A stretch of 64,000 nucleotides of DNA from Candidatus Enteromonas sp. (GCA_034089705.1 JAXDTZ010000014.1:28819-92818); one strand, 5' to 3'; positions 48,452 to 57,845 are shown, counted from the stretch's first letter. Notes: generated from the sequence alone by a model not told the origin. Program-made: numbers and translations.

Positions 48452-49675
48452 ATGAAACGAACTCCATTTCCTTATCTCCTTCTTGCCGGCTTATTGCTTG
48501 TTGGCTGCAACGCTTCTTCCGGGAAAGATAACAATTCCCAATCTTCCGAATCGGTTTCTTCCCTCGTTCCCAGCGTTAGCGAAGAAGAGAGCGCCTCTTC
48601 TGTAGAAGAAACTTCTTCTAATGCGGAAATCCCTAGCGTTTCTTCTTCGCAAGAAGAGAGCGCTGAGATTTCCTCCGAAGAAATCGCTTCTAGCGAAGAA
48701 GCCTCTTCGTCCATGGAAGAAAGCAGCGAAATCACCACTTTCGCCATCGCCAAGAAAACCGCCGGTTTTTCCATCGTCTTCTTGGGCGAAGGATTTGATC
48801 CAAATAAGGTCCAGCTTGGAGAAACCGTTCGTTTTACCTTGAGCGCTTTGGCGGATTATTACGAACTGAGCAAAGTCTATTACGCCACTTCGGACAACCT
48901 CAAAATCGATATCGGCCAAAATGAAGGGGTGTACTCCTTCCCCATGCCAAGCGGGAATATCACCATTCACGTGGAAAGCATCCGGAAATACGGATTAACC
49001 GTCGACTCGCCTTTCGCGACCCTCACCTTCTTGAACGAAGAGGAAACTTATTACAAAAGCGGAACGCGGATTTCCTTCTCGGTTGCCCCCATGGAAGGCT
49101 ATAGCCTCCGCAAAATCGAATACCGGTTCGACACTTCCTCTTTCGAATTGAACCCCACGGAAGAAGGGAACTACTCCTTCTCGATGCCGAGCGCCAACGC
49201 GACCATCGTCGTCACCGCGACCGAAATCATCGATGCCTCCCAAGATCCTTGGGCGGGAAAAGACGTGACTTACGGGGCTGAATTGATCCGAACTTACGAC
49301 CAAAAACTGATATGGACCCTTCATTTCAAGGGAGATGGAACGCTGGATTATCAGTCCCTCCTTTACGTAGATTATGGCGATTATGGCGATTATTACGAGG
49401 CTCCGAACGGGCAATTTGGGCCGGGAAGCATCCTTAGGGCGTGGGAATTCAACAAAATCGCGGCCGAGGAAAAAAACGCGACCTACTCGATCAACGAGGA
49501 AACCGGGTATTGCGAAGTGAGCCTTCCTACCGGTTATGCGCAGAACATGGCCACCGCGTCCTTTGAACTTTCTTCCGAACTTACCAACGGAGTCCCTTCG
49601 AAAATCACCTTGAAGAATTCCTTCTCGAACCACGATTTCGCCCCAGTCAAAGGAACGGTGTTCACCATCCAATAA
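48452..49675 (+). CDS. lipoprotein (407 aa) with two copies of the recurrent ~85-aa module
   Basis: lipobox LLLVGCN; S/E-rich linker; modules ending VYSFPMPSGNITIHVES and NYSFSMPSANATIVVTAT; own promoter-like region (TTGACG … TATGAT) at 48352..48400. Confidence 0.8.
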   Translation: MKRTPFPYLLLAGLLLVGCNASSGKDNNSQSSESVSSLVPSVSEEESASSVEETSSNAEIPSVSSSQEESAEISSEEIASSEEASSSMEESSEITTFAIAKKTAGFSIVFLGEGFDPNKVQLGETVRFTLSALADYYELSKVYYATSDNLKIDIGQNEGVYSFPMPSGNITIHVESIRKYGLTVDSPFATLTFLNEEETYYKSGTRISFSVAPMEGYSLRKIEYRFDTSSFELNPTEEGNYSFSMPSANATIVVTATEIIDASQDPWAGKDVTYGAELIRTYDQKLIWTLHFKGDGTLDYQSLLYVDYGDYGDYYEAPNGQFGPGSILRAWEFNKIAAEEKNATYSINEETGYCEVSLPTGYAQNMATASFELSSELTNGVPSKITLKNSFSNHDFAPVKGTVFTIQ

Positions 49676-49687
49676 GGAGATGCCCCC

Positions 49688-52600
49688 ATGAAAAAAACCA
49701 TTTTATTTTCTTTAGCCGCCGCTTCATTGCTCCTTCTTGCTTCTTGCGGAGGAAACAAGCCCGAAGCGCCTTCTAGCGAAGATTCTTCTTCCGAATCCAT
49801 CGTGAAAAAATACACCGTCCATTTCGACTTGAACGGAGGGGTGTTGCCAAGTGGAACGACCATCGAAGACCAACTCGTGGAAGAGGGGCATTGGGCGACC
49901 AAACCCTTGATTTCCCCGAGCAAAGCCCACAGCACCTTCTTGGGTTGGTTCACGGAGGACGGGTTCCAATGGAACTTCATGTCCCCCGTCATGGGCAACC
50001 TCAACTTGTTCGCCCATTATTCGGTGAACGAGGAATCCAAAGTCACCTTGACCTTCAACCCGAATAACGGCGAATCCTCTTACACGGTCGATACCTTCAT
50101 CGGGGATACCATTTCCACGAAGATCCCCTCCAAAGAAGGATTCGTCTTCAAAGGTTGGTATTACGGGGAAGGGAACCGCTTCACCGGTTACGTTTCCGAA
50201 GAAGTGGCCAAAGCCAAAACGTTGACGGCCCAATACGTCCAACAGGATTTCAACTACTATTTCGAGGTGAACGAAGACGACACGGTGACCATCACGGGCA
50301 TCCGCGACGTCAACTCCGTCGTCGTGTCCTTCCCGAACCAAATCAACGGGCGCGCGGTTACCCGAATCGGGAAAACCGCCCTCCAAAGTCGGATTTACGT
50401 CGAATCGGTCACCATTCCCGCCTCCGTGAAAGAGATCGAACCCCAATTTTGCAATGGGGCGAGGAGAATGGCGAGTTTCGAAGTCGAAGCCGGGAATACG
50501 GCGTACAAAGCGGAAAACGGAATTTTGTACAATGCCGATTTCACCGTGCTCGTCCGCGTGCCGGCGAAAGCCTTTTTGAGTTCTTCTTGCGTCATCCGTT
50601 CCTCGGTCAAGGAAATCGGGGCGTATGCCTTCTACGACCAAAAAGACGAAGGCATCAATAACGTCACCTTCCCCGAAACCTTAGAAACCATCGGGGAATA
50701 CGCCTTCTATGGCTGGAACAAAGCCACGAACCTCGCCTTCCCGGATTCCCTGAAAACCATCGGAAGCCACGCCTTCTGCGCGTTTGACACCGCCGAAAAG
50801 CTCACGATCAAGTGGGGAAATGGGCTAGAGGAAATCGGGGAGGCCGCCTTCTTCGGCCAATACGTCCACGACATCCTCGTCCTTCCCGAGGGATTAAAAA
50901 AAATCGGGGTCCACGCGTTCTCTTGCACGAATGGGGGCAACGCCATCACGAGCGTCGTCTTGCCTTCGAGCCTTGAAACCTTCGAAGGCGGGGTCTTCGC
51001 CAATTGCTATGGCATCGCCAAAGTCTCGATGAACGGGGAAAGCCCCGCCTACAAAGTCGAGGACAACATGCTGCTTAGCAAAGACGGCAAAAAACTCGTT
51101 TGGGTTCCTAGCGACCACAAGGGCAACATCGTCATCCCCGAGGGCGTGGAAGAAATCGGGGAATACGCCTGCGGGGAAATCCGGTACTACGATTCCCTGA
51201 CCTTCCCTTCCACCTTATCCAAAATCGCCCCTTACGCCTTCTTCTACAACGCGACCCTCACCAGCATCGAAATCCCTTCTTCGGTCAAAGAGATCGGGGA
51301 AAGCGCCTTCGACCGTTGCGAAAAGCTCGCTTCGGTCCAATTGAACGAAGGGCTCCAGCGCATCGGGCGGTACGCCTTTGCCGAGATTTCCGCTTCGAGC
51401 ATCTCCTTCCCCTCAAGTTTGAAAACGATCGGGGAGAACGCGTTCTTCGGATGCCGTTTCTCTTCCATCTCCTTCGCGGAAGGACTAGAAGAAATCCAAG
51501 ACGGGGCCTTCTATTTCCTCACCTCGAGTTACGAAGAAGATTCCTACGATTCCTATACTTCCTCTTTGGTGAATCTCTCCTTCCCCAATAGTTTGGTTTC
51601 CATCGGCGACCGCGCGTTTGCTAACCACGAAGCCCTCAAATCCATCACCTTTGGGAATGGATTGACCCACTTGGGGAGCGAAGCCTTCAGCGGGGCGAAG
51701 CCCACCCAATTGAGCGTTGCTTCGGGAGGAAACCTCGTCGTGAAAGACCTCGGGCTCTATTCGAGCGACTTCTCGACCCTCTTCTACGAATCTCCGGGAA
51801 AAACCGGCGAACTCTCCTTGCCTAGCGGCTTGAAGACGATCGCCCCCTACGCGTTAAGCAAAGTCGAAGTCACGGGAATCACCCTCCCGAATACCTTGGA
51901 AATCATCGGGGAAGGGGCGTTCTATGGCGCGTTTGACCGTAGCAGCGACATCTCTTTGACCTTCCCTTCTTCCTTGAAAGAAATCGGGGAAGGGGCGTTC
52001 TATGGCGCGAAAACCGATTCCATCGATTTCTCCACCGCCACCTCCTTAGAGACCATCGGGGCTTCCGCGTTCGAAATGAACGACGGCATTCAGGATCTCC
52101 ATTTCGCTTCCTCCTTGAAGGAAATCGGCAAAGATGCTTTCTATGCCTGCCCTACCACGAGCCTGCATTTCTCCGAAGGCCTCCTTTCGATCGGGGAATC
52201 CGCCTTCTTCGGGAACAAAAACTTGGGAGGGGAAGTCGTCCTCCCCGCCTCCTTGACTTCTTTGGGCGATTCGGTCTTCGGATCTTGGGGGAACACGACC
52301 GCTTCGGGGAACGAAATCACTTCCTTGCGGGTCGCGGAAGGATCTTCTTCCTTCTTTAGCGAGAACAACGTTGTCTACAACGCTTCGAAAACCGATGTTT
52401 ACGCGGTTGCGGGAAAGGCTAGCGGAACCATCTCCTTGCCTAGCACCGTGACGACCATCCATCCCTTCGCCTTGGCCGACGCGACTTTGGTCAGCGGCTT
52501 CTCTTTGCCCGAAGGCCTCCTCCACATTGGGGATTACGCCTTCTCCGGGGACGTGAGCGTTTCCCTCCTCACCCTTCCTTCGACCGTTTTGACCATGGGC

Positions 52601-52732
52601 GAACGCCTCTTCCATTCCTGGGGGACGAACCAAACGGTCAAAATCCCCCATAGCCTCGATTATTGCGAACGGCATTACCAATCCTATTGGAGGGATTCGA
52701 GCCGGGCGAACTTCGTATACGACGGGGAATGA
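49688..52732 (+). CDS. BspA-like leucine-rich-repeat (LRR_5) surface lipoprotein with two N-terminal Listeria-Bacteroides (Flg_new) repeats
   Basis: lipobox LLLASCG; YTVHFDLNGG…GWF…W.F and TLTFNPNNG…GWYY repeats; >20 tandem ~23-aa IG.YAF…SL repeats. Confidence 0.85.
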   Translation: MKKTILFSLAAASLLLLASCGGNKPEAPSSEDSSSESIVKKYTVHFDLNGGVLPSGTTIEDQLVEEGHWATKPLISPSKAHSTFLGWFTEDGFQWNFMSPVMGNLNLFAHYSVNEESKVTLTFNPNNGESSYTVDTFIGDTISTKIPSKEGFVFKGWYYGEGNRFTGYVSEEVAKAKTLTAQYVQQDFNYYFEVNEDDTVTITGIRDVNSVVVSFPNQINGRAVTRIGKTALQSRIYVESVTIPASVKEIEPQFCNGARRMASFEVEAGNTAYKAENGILYNADFTVLVRVPAKAFLSSSCVIRSSVKEIGAYAFYDQKDEGINNVTFPETLETIGEYAFYGWNKATNLAFPDSLKTIGSHAFCAFDTAEKLTIKWGNGLEEIGEAAFFGQYVHDILVLPEGLKKIGVHAFSCTNGGNAITSVVLPSSLETFEGGVFANCYGIAKVSMNGESPAYKVEDNMLLSKDGKKLVWVPSDHKGNIVIPEGVEEIGEYACGEIRYYDSLTFPSTLSKIAPYAFFYNATLTSIEIPSSVKEIGESAFDRCEKLASVQLNEGLQRIGRYAFAEISASSISFPSSLKTIGENAFFGCRFSSISFAEGLEEIQDGAFYFLTSSYEEDSYDSYTSSLVNLSFPNSLVSIGDRAFANHEALKSITFGNGLTHLGSEAFSGAKPTQLSVASGGNLVVKDLGLYSSDFSTLFYESPGKTGELSLPSGLKTIAPYALSKVEVTGITLPNTLEIIGEGAFYGAFDRSSDISLTFPSSLKEIGEGAFYGAKTDSIDFSTATSLETIGASAFEMNDGIQDLHFASSLKEIGKDAFYACPTTSLHFSEGLLSIGESAFFGNKNLGGEVVLPASLTSLGDSVFGSWGNTTASGNEITSLRVAEGSSSFFSENNVVYNASKTDVYAVAGKASGTISLPSTVTTIHPFALADATLVSGFSLPEGLLHIGDYAFSGDVSVSLLTLPSTVLTMGERLFHSWGTNQTVKIPHSLDYCERHYQSYWRDSSRANFVYDGE

Positions 52733-52734
52733 TT

Positions 52735-53880
52735 ATGAAATGGTTTTCTTTTCTTCCTAGCCTCGCCTTGCTCCTTTCTTCTTGCGAGCAGCCCTCTTCT
52801 CCTTCTTTCACCACCTTTCACCAAAACATCGTTTCGGGCGATTCCACGGTTCTTTTCGAGGTGAAAAAAGACGCAGAAGGCAAGATAACGGCCCCCGCGG
52901 TCCCTTTATACAAGAACTACGTATTCGACGGATGGTACCCCTCCCCCAAAGGCGGGGAGCGATTCGATTTTTCTACCCCAGCCCCGAGCGATTTGTACGC
53001 CCATTGGGTCGTCTACAGTGATTTGAGCGACGGAGAGAAACTCACCCGTTACATCTCCCGCATCCAAGACCTCTGCCCTTTGGTTTCCTCGACCCGAGGG
53101 TATGTGGAAACCGCCGTCCAATACAGCACCGCGGAAGGGATTTTCACTTCCGTCGACATCTTGCGCGCGAAGCGGTACCAAGACATCACGGTCATCGACC
53201 ATTATTACCCGAAAGTCTGCGATTCTTCGAGCGATCTTTCTAACGAGGAGATCCAAGCCGGATACACCCCTGAGCAAATCAACGAAAAGAACCGCACCCT
53301 CACCGAGCAAGACTTTTTCGAGAATGGGAATTTCTACACCATCTTCGATTACAACGAAACCCATCCCAACTTCGACTCCGGCTCCCAAGACGGGAAATAC
53401 GTGAGCAAAGGAAAAGAAGATGAAGTCGACGCTTTCTTGAACATCGATTTCTCCAGTTATTTCATGGGATACCTCTCCCGCCTTGCGGGGCTAGTGAACG
53501 CGGAAGATTCCCCCATGGCCCCCGTTTCCTCCTTAAACGAGGAATTCGGGAACAACAGCTACTGGATCTCCGAAGTCAACGTCTCCGCCTTGGACGAGAC
53601 CAAGGAAAGTGGGGCTTTTGCCTTCGCTTACACCTCTTCCGCCCAAATGACCAGCGGAAACCTTTGGACCGAGCTCATCCAATCAAGCGTCGAATTCGCT
53701 TTGGTGAAAGGGAAAATCCTCCACGCGCAGGTGTCCAAAATGGTTTCCTATTACGTCGATGGGGATTGCATGATGTACTCCAACAGCCTCTCCGTCTTCG
53801 ATTTCGAAGCCTGCGAGGCCTACCTCCCCTTCGAAGGGGAACGCTTCTCCCCCGCCTCTTACCCCACCTACGAAGAATAA
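52735..53880 (+). CDS. lipoprotein (381 aa) with one Listeria-Bacteroides-type repeat
   Basis: MKWFSFLPSLALLLSSCE lipobox; …YVFDGWYPSP…LYAHWV repeat; 2 nt after the LRR protein stop. Confidence 0.72.
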   Translation: MKWFSFLPSLALLLSSCEQPSSPSFTTFHQNIVSGDSTVLFEVKKDAEGKITAPAVPLYKNYVFDGWYPSPKGGERFDFSTPAPSDLYAHWVVYSDLSDGEKLTRYISRIQDLCPLVSSTRGYVETAVQYSTAEGIFTSVDILRAKRYQDITVIDHYYPKVCDSSSDLSNEEIQAGYTPEQINEKNRTLTEQDFFENGNFYTIFDYNETHPNFDSGSQDGKYVSKGKEDEVDAFLNIDFSSYFMGYLSRLAGLVNAEDSPMAPVSSLNEEFGNNSYWISEVNVSALDETKESGAFAFAYTSSAQMTSGNLWTELIQSSVEFALVKGKILHAQVSKMVSYYVDGDCMMYSNSLSVFDFEACEAYLPFEGERFSPASYPTYEE

Positions 53881-53990
53881 GCCATTCGTTTTGCTGTTTC
53901 TTCGCTCCAATCATCCTTCCATTCTTTTTCCAAAGAAATGCGGTTTGGTTTTCGGAAAGAACCCATTCGATTAAGAGGTTTTGACGAAAG

Positions 53991-54027
53991 CAAAAGACGA
54001 ATCCCCATTCGGAATTCGTCTTTTTTG
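53991..54027. terminator. bidirectional rho-independent terminator between the lipoprotein array (+) and the Hpt gene (-)
   Basis: CAAAAGACGAAU-(11-nt loop)-AUUCGUCUUUUUUG. Confidence 0.7.
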
Positions 54028-54067
54028 TTGATGCGTAAAGAATGGAGGGTTGTTTGGCAAACGAGGC

Positions 54068-54415
54068 TCAATCGAGTTGCTCGATCGCCCGTTCGGTTCT
54101 TTGGAATTCTTCGACCAATGCCCGATAGGCATCTTGGTAACCTACTAAAACCCGAGGACGGAGGATTTCGGTGAGCTCGATCGCTTTTTTCGAGAGTTCG
54201 TCCAGGTGGAGGTTGAGCGACACGCCTTTTAGGGTATGCGCGGCGCGGAAGGCGGTTTCGGGGTCGCTTTCGGCAATGCCTTTGGCGAGGTTTTTCATCG
54301 ATTCGTCCTTCTGGAGCATCTTTAAGAGGCGGGCGATCACCGCGTCGCTGCGGACGGCGGAGAAAATCGCGTTGTAGTCTCCGTGGAGTTCTTCGTAAAC
54401 TTGTTTCGGCGTCAT
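54068..54415 (-). CDS. stand-alone histidine phosphotransfer (Hpt) domain protein
   Basis: 115 aa; four-helix Hpt with AAHTLKGVSLNL phospho-His motif; ATGA overlap with the upstream response regulator. Confidence 0.8.
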   Translation of the reverse strand: MTPKQVYEELHGDYNAIFSAVRSDAVIARLLKMLQKDESMKNLAKGIAESDPETAFRAAHTLKGVSLNLHLDELSKKAIELTEILRPRVLVGYQDAYRALVEEFQRTERAIEQLD

Positions 54416-56808
54416 GCTTCTTCTCCTTCGTCGATGATGTGGAAGGTCCCTTTGCTTTCCTTGGCGAGGTAGAGGGCGGAGTCGGCTTTTTCGAATAGCT
54501 CGGCGACTCTTCCTCTCCCACGGACGGCTCCCGCGGAGGCCTTCAAGGCGAGCCCTTGGACGGACTCGGCGCGGATATGGGACAAGATGGATTCGAGTTT
54601 GGTTTCTAGGACGCGTCGCGGCATGTCCTCGAATAAGAGGAGGAATTCATCCCCGCCATACCGGATGATCTCGTCTTCCGCGCGAACGCAGGAGCGGATC
54701 GCGTCCACGACTTTTTTGAGGGCTTCGTCCCCGGCTTCGTGGCCGTAAGTGTCGTTGATTCTTTTGAAGTCGTCCATGTCGAGGATGGCAAGGCAATAAT
54801 TTCCGATCCGGTCCTTGGCTTTTTCGTCGTAAAACCGGCGGGTTTTGCATCCTAGCGTAGAATCGCGGTATAAGGCATAGGAAAGCGCGGCGACCGAATA
54901 GAGGCCTTCGTCTTCCTTAGAGAAGGAAGCGACGGAATCTTCGTCGATCCGCGAAATCATTTCCAGGGTGTAGGGCGCATTGAGGATCGTCAAAGGACGG
55001 GAAACCACGAAATAGAGTTCCCGGGCGTGGAGACGGAAGGCGCGGGTGGTTTTCTTGGGAATGAGCACGGGCTTGCCTTTGATGGCTTGATCATCCCAGA
55101 AGGGGGTGAAATCCATCGTGGCGAGGAATTTCCCTTCTTCGAGGCGGTACTCCTTCTTGAGTTCGTAGGAAATCAAACGGACCAAATCGAAGTTCTGTTG
55201 TTCCGCGTGGAGAAGGCTTTCGGCCTGCTCGAGGCTCAGATTCTCTTCGTCGAGAAGAGTTGGGGAATCGATGCGGGAAGAACGGGAAGAGAGTTCGTCG
55301 AAAGCGTGGACGATTTCGGAAGCGTCGGCGATTCTGCCGATGGCGAGGTAGGCCGAGCGGCGTTCGGAGAAAATGGCTTCCCCGATGACGTGGAACCATT
55401 TTTCCCCATGGGAGAAATGCAAGAGGAGATCAAATTCGAAGGAGGGCTCTTCCGGGGTCGTTTGCTGAATCGCTTTTTCCACGGTTCGGGCGGCTTCTTG
55501 GTTGCGGGAACCGAAAACCGAAGAGACCGAGAAGGGGTCGTTGATGGTCAAGGGGAAGCCGAACTTCTTTTGGGAAGCGCGGTTGAAGGTGATGGTTTGG
55601 TGGTCTCCGAGTTCGAACCGGAACCACGCTTCGTCGGTGAGGTTCGCGAATCGGTCGCGGAGTTGGCGTTCTTGCAAAAGCAAGGAGGCATCCCGTTCGT
55701 CGCTTACGGAAGCATCCGAAGACCAAGCGGAAGCGTCTTCCTCTCCGGAAGCGTCGAGTTGAGCGATGATTTCGGGAATCTTGTCCTGAATGGCTTCGAA
55801 GCATTGGAGCAAGAAGGGGGAGAATGCCCCGCATTCCCCGTTTTTGATCATGGCGATGGCTTCTTCGTGAGAGAAGGCGCGCTTATAGCAACGGACGCTG
55901 GTGAGGGCGTCGTATACATCGGCGAGGCCCACGATTTGGGCCCAAACGGGAATGGCGTCGCCTTTCAGGCCGTCGGGATATCCCCTTCCGTCGTAGCGTT
56001 CGTGGTGATGGAGGCAGATATCGTGGGCGAAACGGACCAATTTCTCGTTTTGGAAGGCCCCGAGGCTTTCGAGGAGCTCCGCGCCTTTGCGGGAATGGGT
56101 CTTTATGATTTCGAATTCCTCTTGGGTCAGACGGCCCGGCTTATTGAGGATCTCTTCGGGGATGGAAATCTTCCCGATGTCGTGGAGGGAAGAAGCCATC
56201 TTGATCAAGGGGATGTCCCCACGAGAAAAGGGATATGCTTGGGTGGATTGGAGGACTTGCTCGCAAAGGAGCTCGGTCAAAGCGTTGATGTGCAAGACGT
56301 GGAGCCCGCTTTCGGCGTTGCGGAATTCGACGATGTGGGAAAGGATCGCGATCATGAGTTCGTTGTCCTTTTTCCTCGCGGCGAGTTGGGCGTTCACTTC
56401 CTCCATGAGAGCTTTTTGCTTGGCGAAGAGGAGAATGGTGTTTTGGATGCGGCGGAGAACGATTTCGCGTTCATAGGTGGAACGGGGGATGTAATCCACC
56501 GCCCCGAGGTCATAGGCCCGTTTCATGGTTTCGCTGCCGGTTTCGGCGGAAATCATGATGACGGGGGTTTCTTCGATATAGCCTCTCTCCCTCATGAGGC
56601 GCAGGACTTCTAGGCCGTCGCATCTTGGCATGATGATGTCGAGCAAGATGACCGAGATTTCCTCTTTGTGGGCTTCGTAGACTTCCAGGGCCTCTTGGCC
56701 GTCTTTCGCCTCAAGCACCCCAAAACCGCCTTCGAGCATGGTCGAAAGAATGACGCGATTGATTTCTTCGTCGTCTACGATTAACACGGTTTTTCGATTG
56801 CTGGCCAT
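54412..56808 (-). CDS. response regulator with REC, HD-GYP phosphodiesterase and GGDEF diguanylate cyclase domains
   Basis: 798 aa; REC (VLIVDDEEINR…LLDIIMPRCDG), HD-GYP (HDIGKI…HHERYDGRGYPDGL), intervening sensor-like region, GGDEF (RYGGDEFLLLF). Confidence 0.85.
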   Translation of the reverse strand: MASNRKTVLIVDDEEINRVILSTMLEGGFGVLEAKDGQEALEVYEAHKEEISVILLDIIMPRCDGLEVLRLMRERGYIEETPVIMISAETGSETMKRAYDLGAVDYIPRSTYEREIVLRRIQNTILLFAKQKALMEEVNAQLAARKKDNELMIAILSHIVEFRNAESGLHVLHINALTELLCEQVLQSTQAYPFSRGDIPLIKMASSLHDIGKISIPEEILNKPGRLTQEEFEIIKTHSRKGAELLESLGAFQNEKLVRFAHDICLHHHERYDGRGYPDGLKGDAIPVWAQIVGLADVYDALTSVRCYKRAFSHEEAIAMIKNGECGAFSPFLLQCFEAIQDKIPEIIAQLDASGEEDASAWSSDASVSDERDASLLLQERQLRDRFANLTDEAWFRFELGDHQTITFNRASQKKFGFPLTINDPFSVSSVFGSRNQEAARTVEKAIQQTTPEEPSFEFDLLLHFSHGEKWFHVIGEAIFSERRSAYLAIGRIADASEIVHAFDELSSRSSRIDSPTLLDEENLSLEQAESLLHAEQQNFDLVRLISYELKKEYRLEEGKFLATMDFTPFWDDQAIKGKPVLIPKKTTRAFRLHARELYFVVSRPLTILNAPYTLEMISRIDEDSVASFSKEDEGLYSVAALSYALYRDSTLGCKTRRFYDEKAKDRIGNYCLAILDMDDFKRINDTYGHEAGDEALKKVVDAIRSCVRAEDEIIRYGGDEFLLLFEDMPRRVLETKLESILSHIRAESVQGLALKASAGAVRGRGRVAELFEKADSALYLAKESKGTFHIIDEGEEA

Positions 56809-56897
56809 TGTCTTCCCCTAACCTTTGCTAATGATACAACAATTCATGGGAAAACCCCAATTTTCGGTGTCATATCCCTCGCAGTCTCCCGAAAGTG

Positions 56898-56906
56898 TGC
56901 TATATT
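56898..56906 (+). promoter_or_regulatory. extended -10 promoter element (TGcTATATT) upstream of rubredoxin
   Basis: TGCTATATT 33 nt upstream of ATG 56939; AAAGGAA RBS 7 nt before the ATG. Confidence 0.4.
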
Positions 56907-56938
56907 TACTTTGTGGCAATGCCAGAAAGGAATCGACC

Positions 56939-57097
56939 ATGAAATACGTTTGCCCGATGTGCGGTTGGGAATACGACGAGGAAGCCGGGGCTCCGGAATA
57001 CGGAATCGCCCCCGGAACCAAGTTCGAAGACCTTCCCGAAGACTTCTCCTGTCCCCTTTGCGGGGCGCCGAAAGATTCGTTCGGAGCCGCCGAATAA
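56939..57097 (+). CDS. rub: rubredoxin
   Basis: 52 aa [14 protein letters not shown]…[11 protein letters not shown] with two CxxCG knuckles. Confidence 0.9.
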   Translation: MKYVCPMCGWEYDEEAGAPEYGIAPGTKFEDLPEDFSCPLCGAPKDSFGAAE

Positions 57098-57103
57098 GGA
57101 AAC

Positions 57104-57128
57104 GGACCCCGGAAGGGGTCCTTTTCTT
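57104..57128. terminator. bidirectional rho-independent terminator between rubredoxin (+) and tcdA (-)
   Basis: GGACCCC-GGAA-GGGGUCC followed by UUUUCUU; A-rich on the opposite side. Confidence 0.8.
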
Positions 57129-57143
57129 ATGTTCGATTCATTA

Positions 57144-57845
57144 CTATTTCATTAATTTTTGAATGGCGTACGTGGCCAGCAAGATGCCCGCGGAAGCCGG
57201 GGCGAAGGGATTGGAAGCCGGGGTGCGGGGGTTATTGTCCACGGGATGGACCGGGGTGAGGGGCGGTTCTTCGGAATAAACGACCGGATAGAAAGGGAGG
57301 TTCCTTTCCTTGGAGAGTTTCCGCATCACCTTGGCGAGGGGATCCCCTTTCGTGGAATAGATGTCCCCCACCACAAAACGTTCGGGATGCTCTTTGTTCC
57401 CGGCCCCCATGCAGGAAATGATGGGGACGCGGTGTTCCAAACAGGTTTGGATGAGCAACAATTTGCTGGATACCGAATCGATCGCGTCGAGGACGAAATC
57501 GAAGGAAGAGAAATCGAATTCCCCGATGGTGTCTTCCGAAAAGAAGAGGGAATAAGGATGGACGATCGTTTCGGGGAAGATATCTAGGACTCTTTGACGG
57601 GCCACTTCGGCTTTCTTGCAAGACAAGGTCTTCCGCGTAGCGAGGATTTGGCGGTTTAAGTTGCTTGGCTCGAAAGAGTCAGCGTCCACCAAGGTCAATT
57701 CCCCGATTCCAGCGCGGGCGAGGATTTCCAGGGCATATCCCCCGACTCCCCCTAGGCCGAAAAGGGCCACGTGGGCGGAACTCAGTTTCTGCAACGCCTC
57801 TTCCCCGTACAAAGCGAGGGTTCTTTCCTTCCCTAGCGATTCCAT
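57144..57845 (-). CDS. tcdA: ThiF/MoeB-family tRNA threonylcarbamoyladenosine dehydratase (TcdA/CsdL-like)
   Basis: GLGGVGGYALEILARAGIG Rossmann motif; start at M24 (ATG 57845) with GGAGG RBS; first codons overlap the end of the upstream gene. Confidence 0.78.
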   Translation of the reverse strand: MESLGKERTLALYGEEALQKLSSAHVALFGLGGVGGYALEILARAGIGELTLVDADSFEPSNLNRQILATRKTLSCKKAEVARQRVLDIFPETIVHPYSLFFSEDTIGEFDFSSFDFVLDAIDSVSSKLLLIQTCLEHRVPIISCMGAGNKEHPERFVVGDIYSTKGDPLAKVMRKLSKERNLPFYPVVYSEEPPLTPVHPVDNNPRTPASNPFAPASAGILLATYAIQKLMK

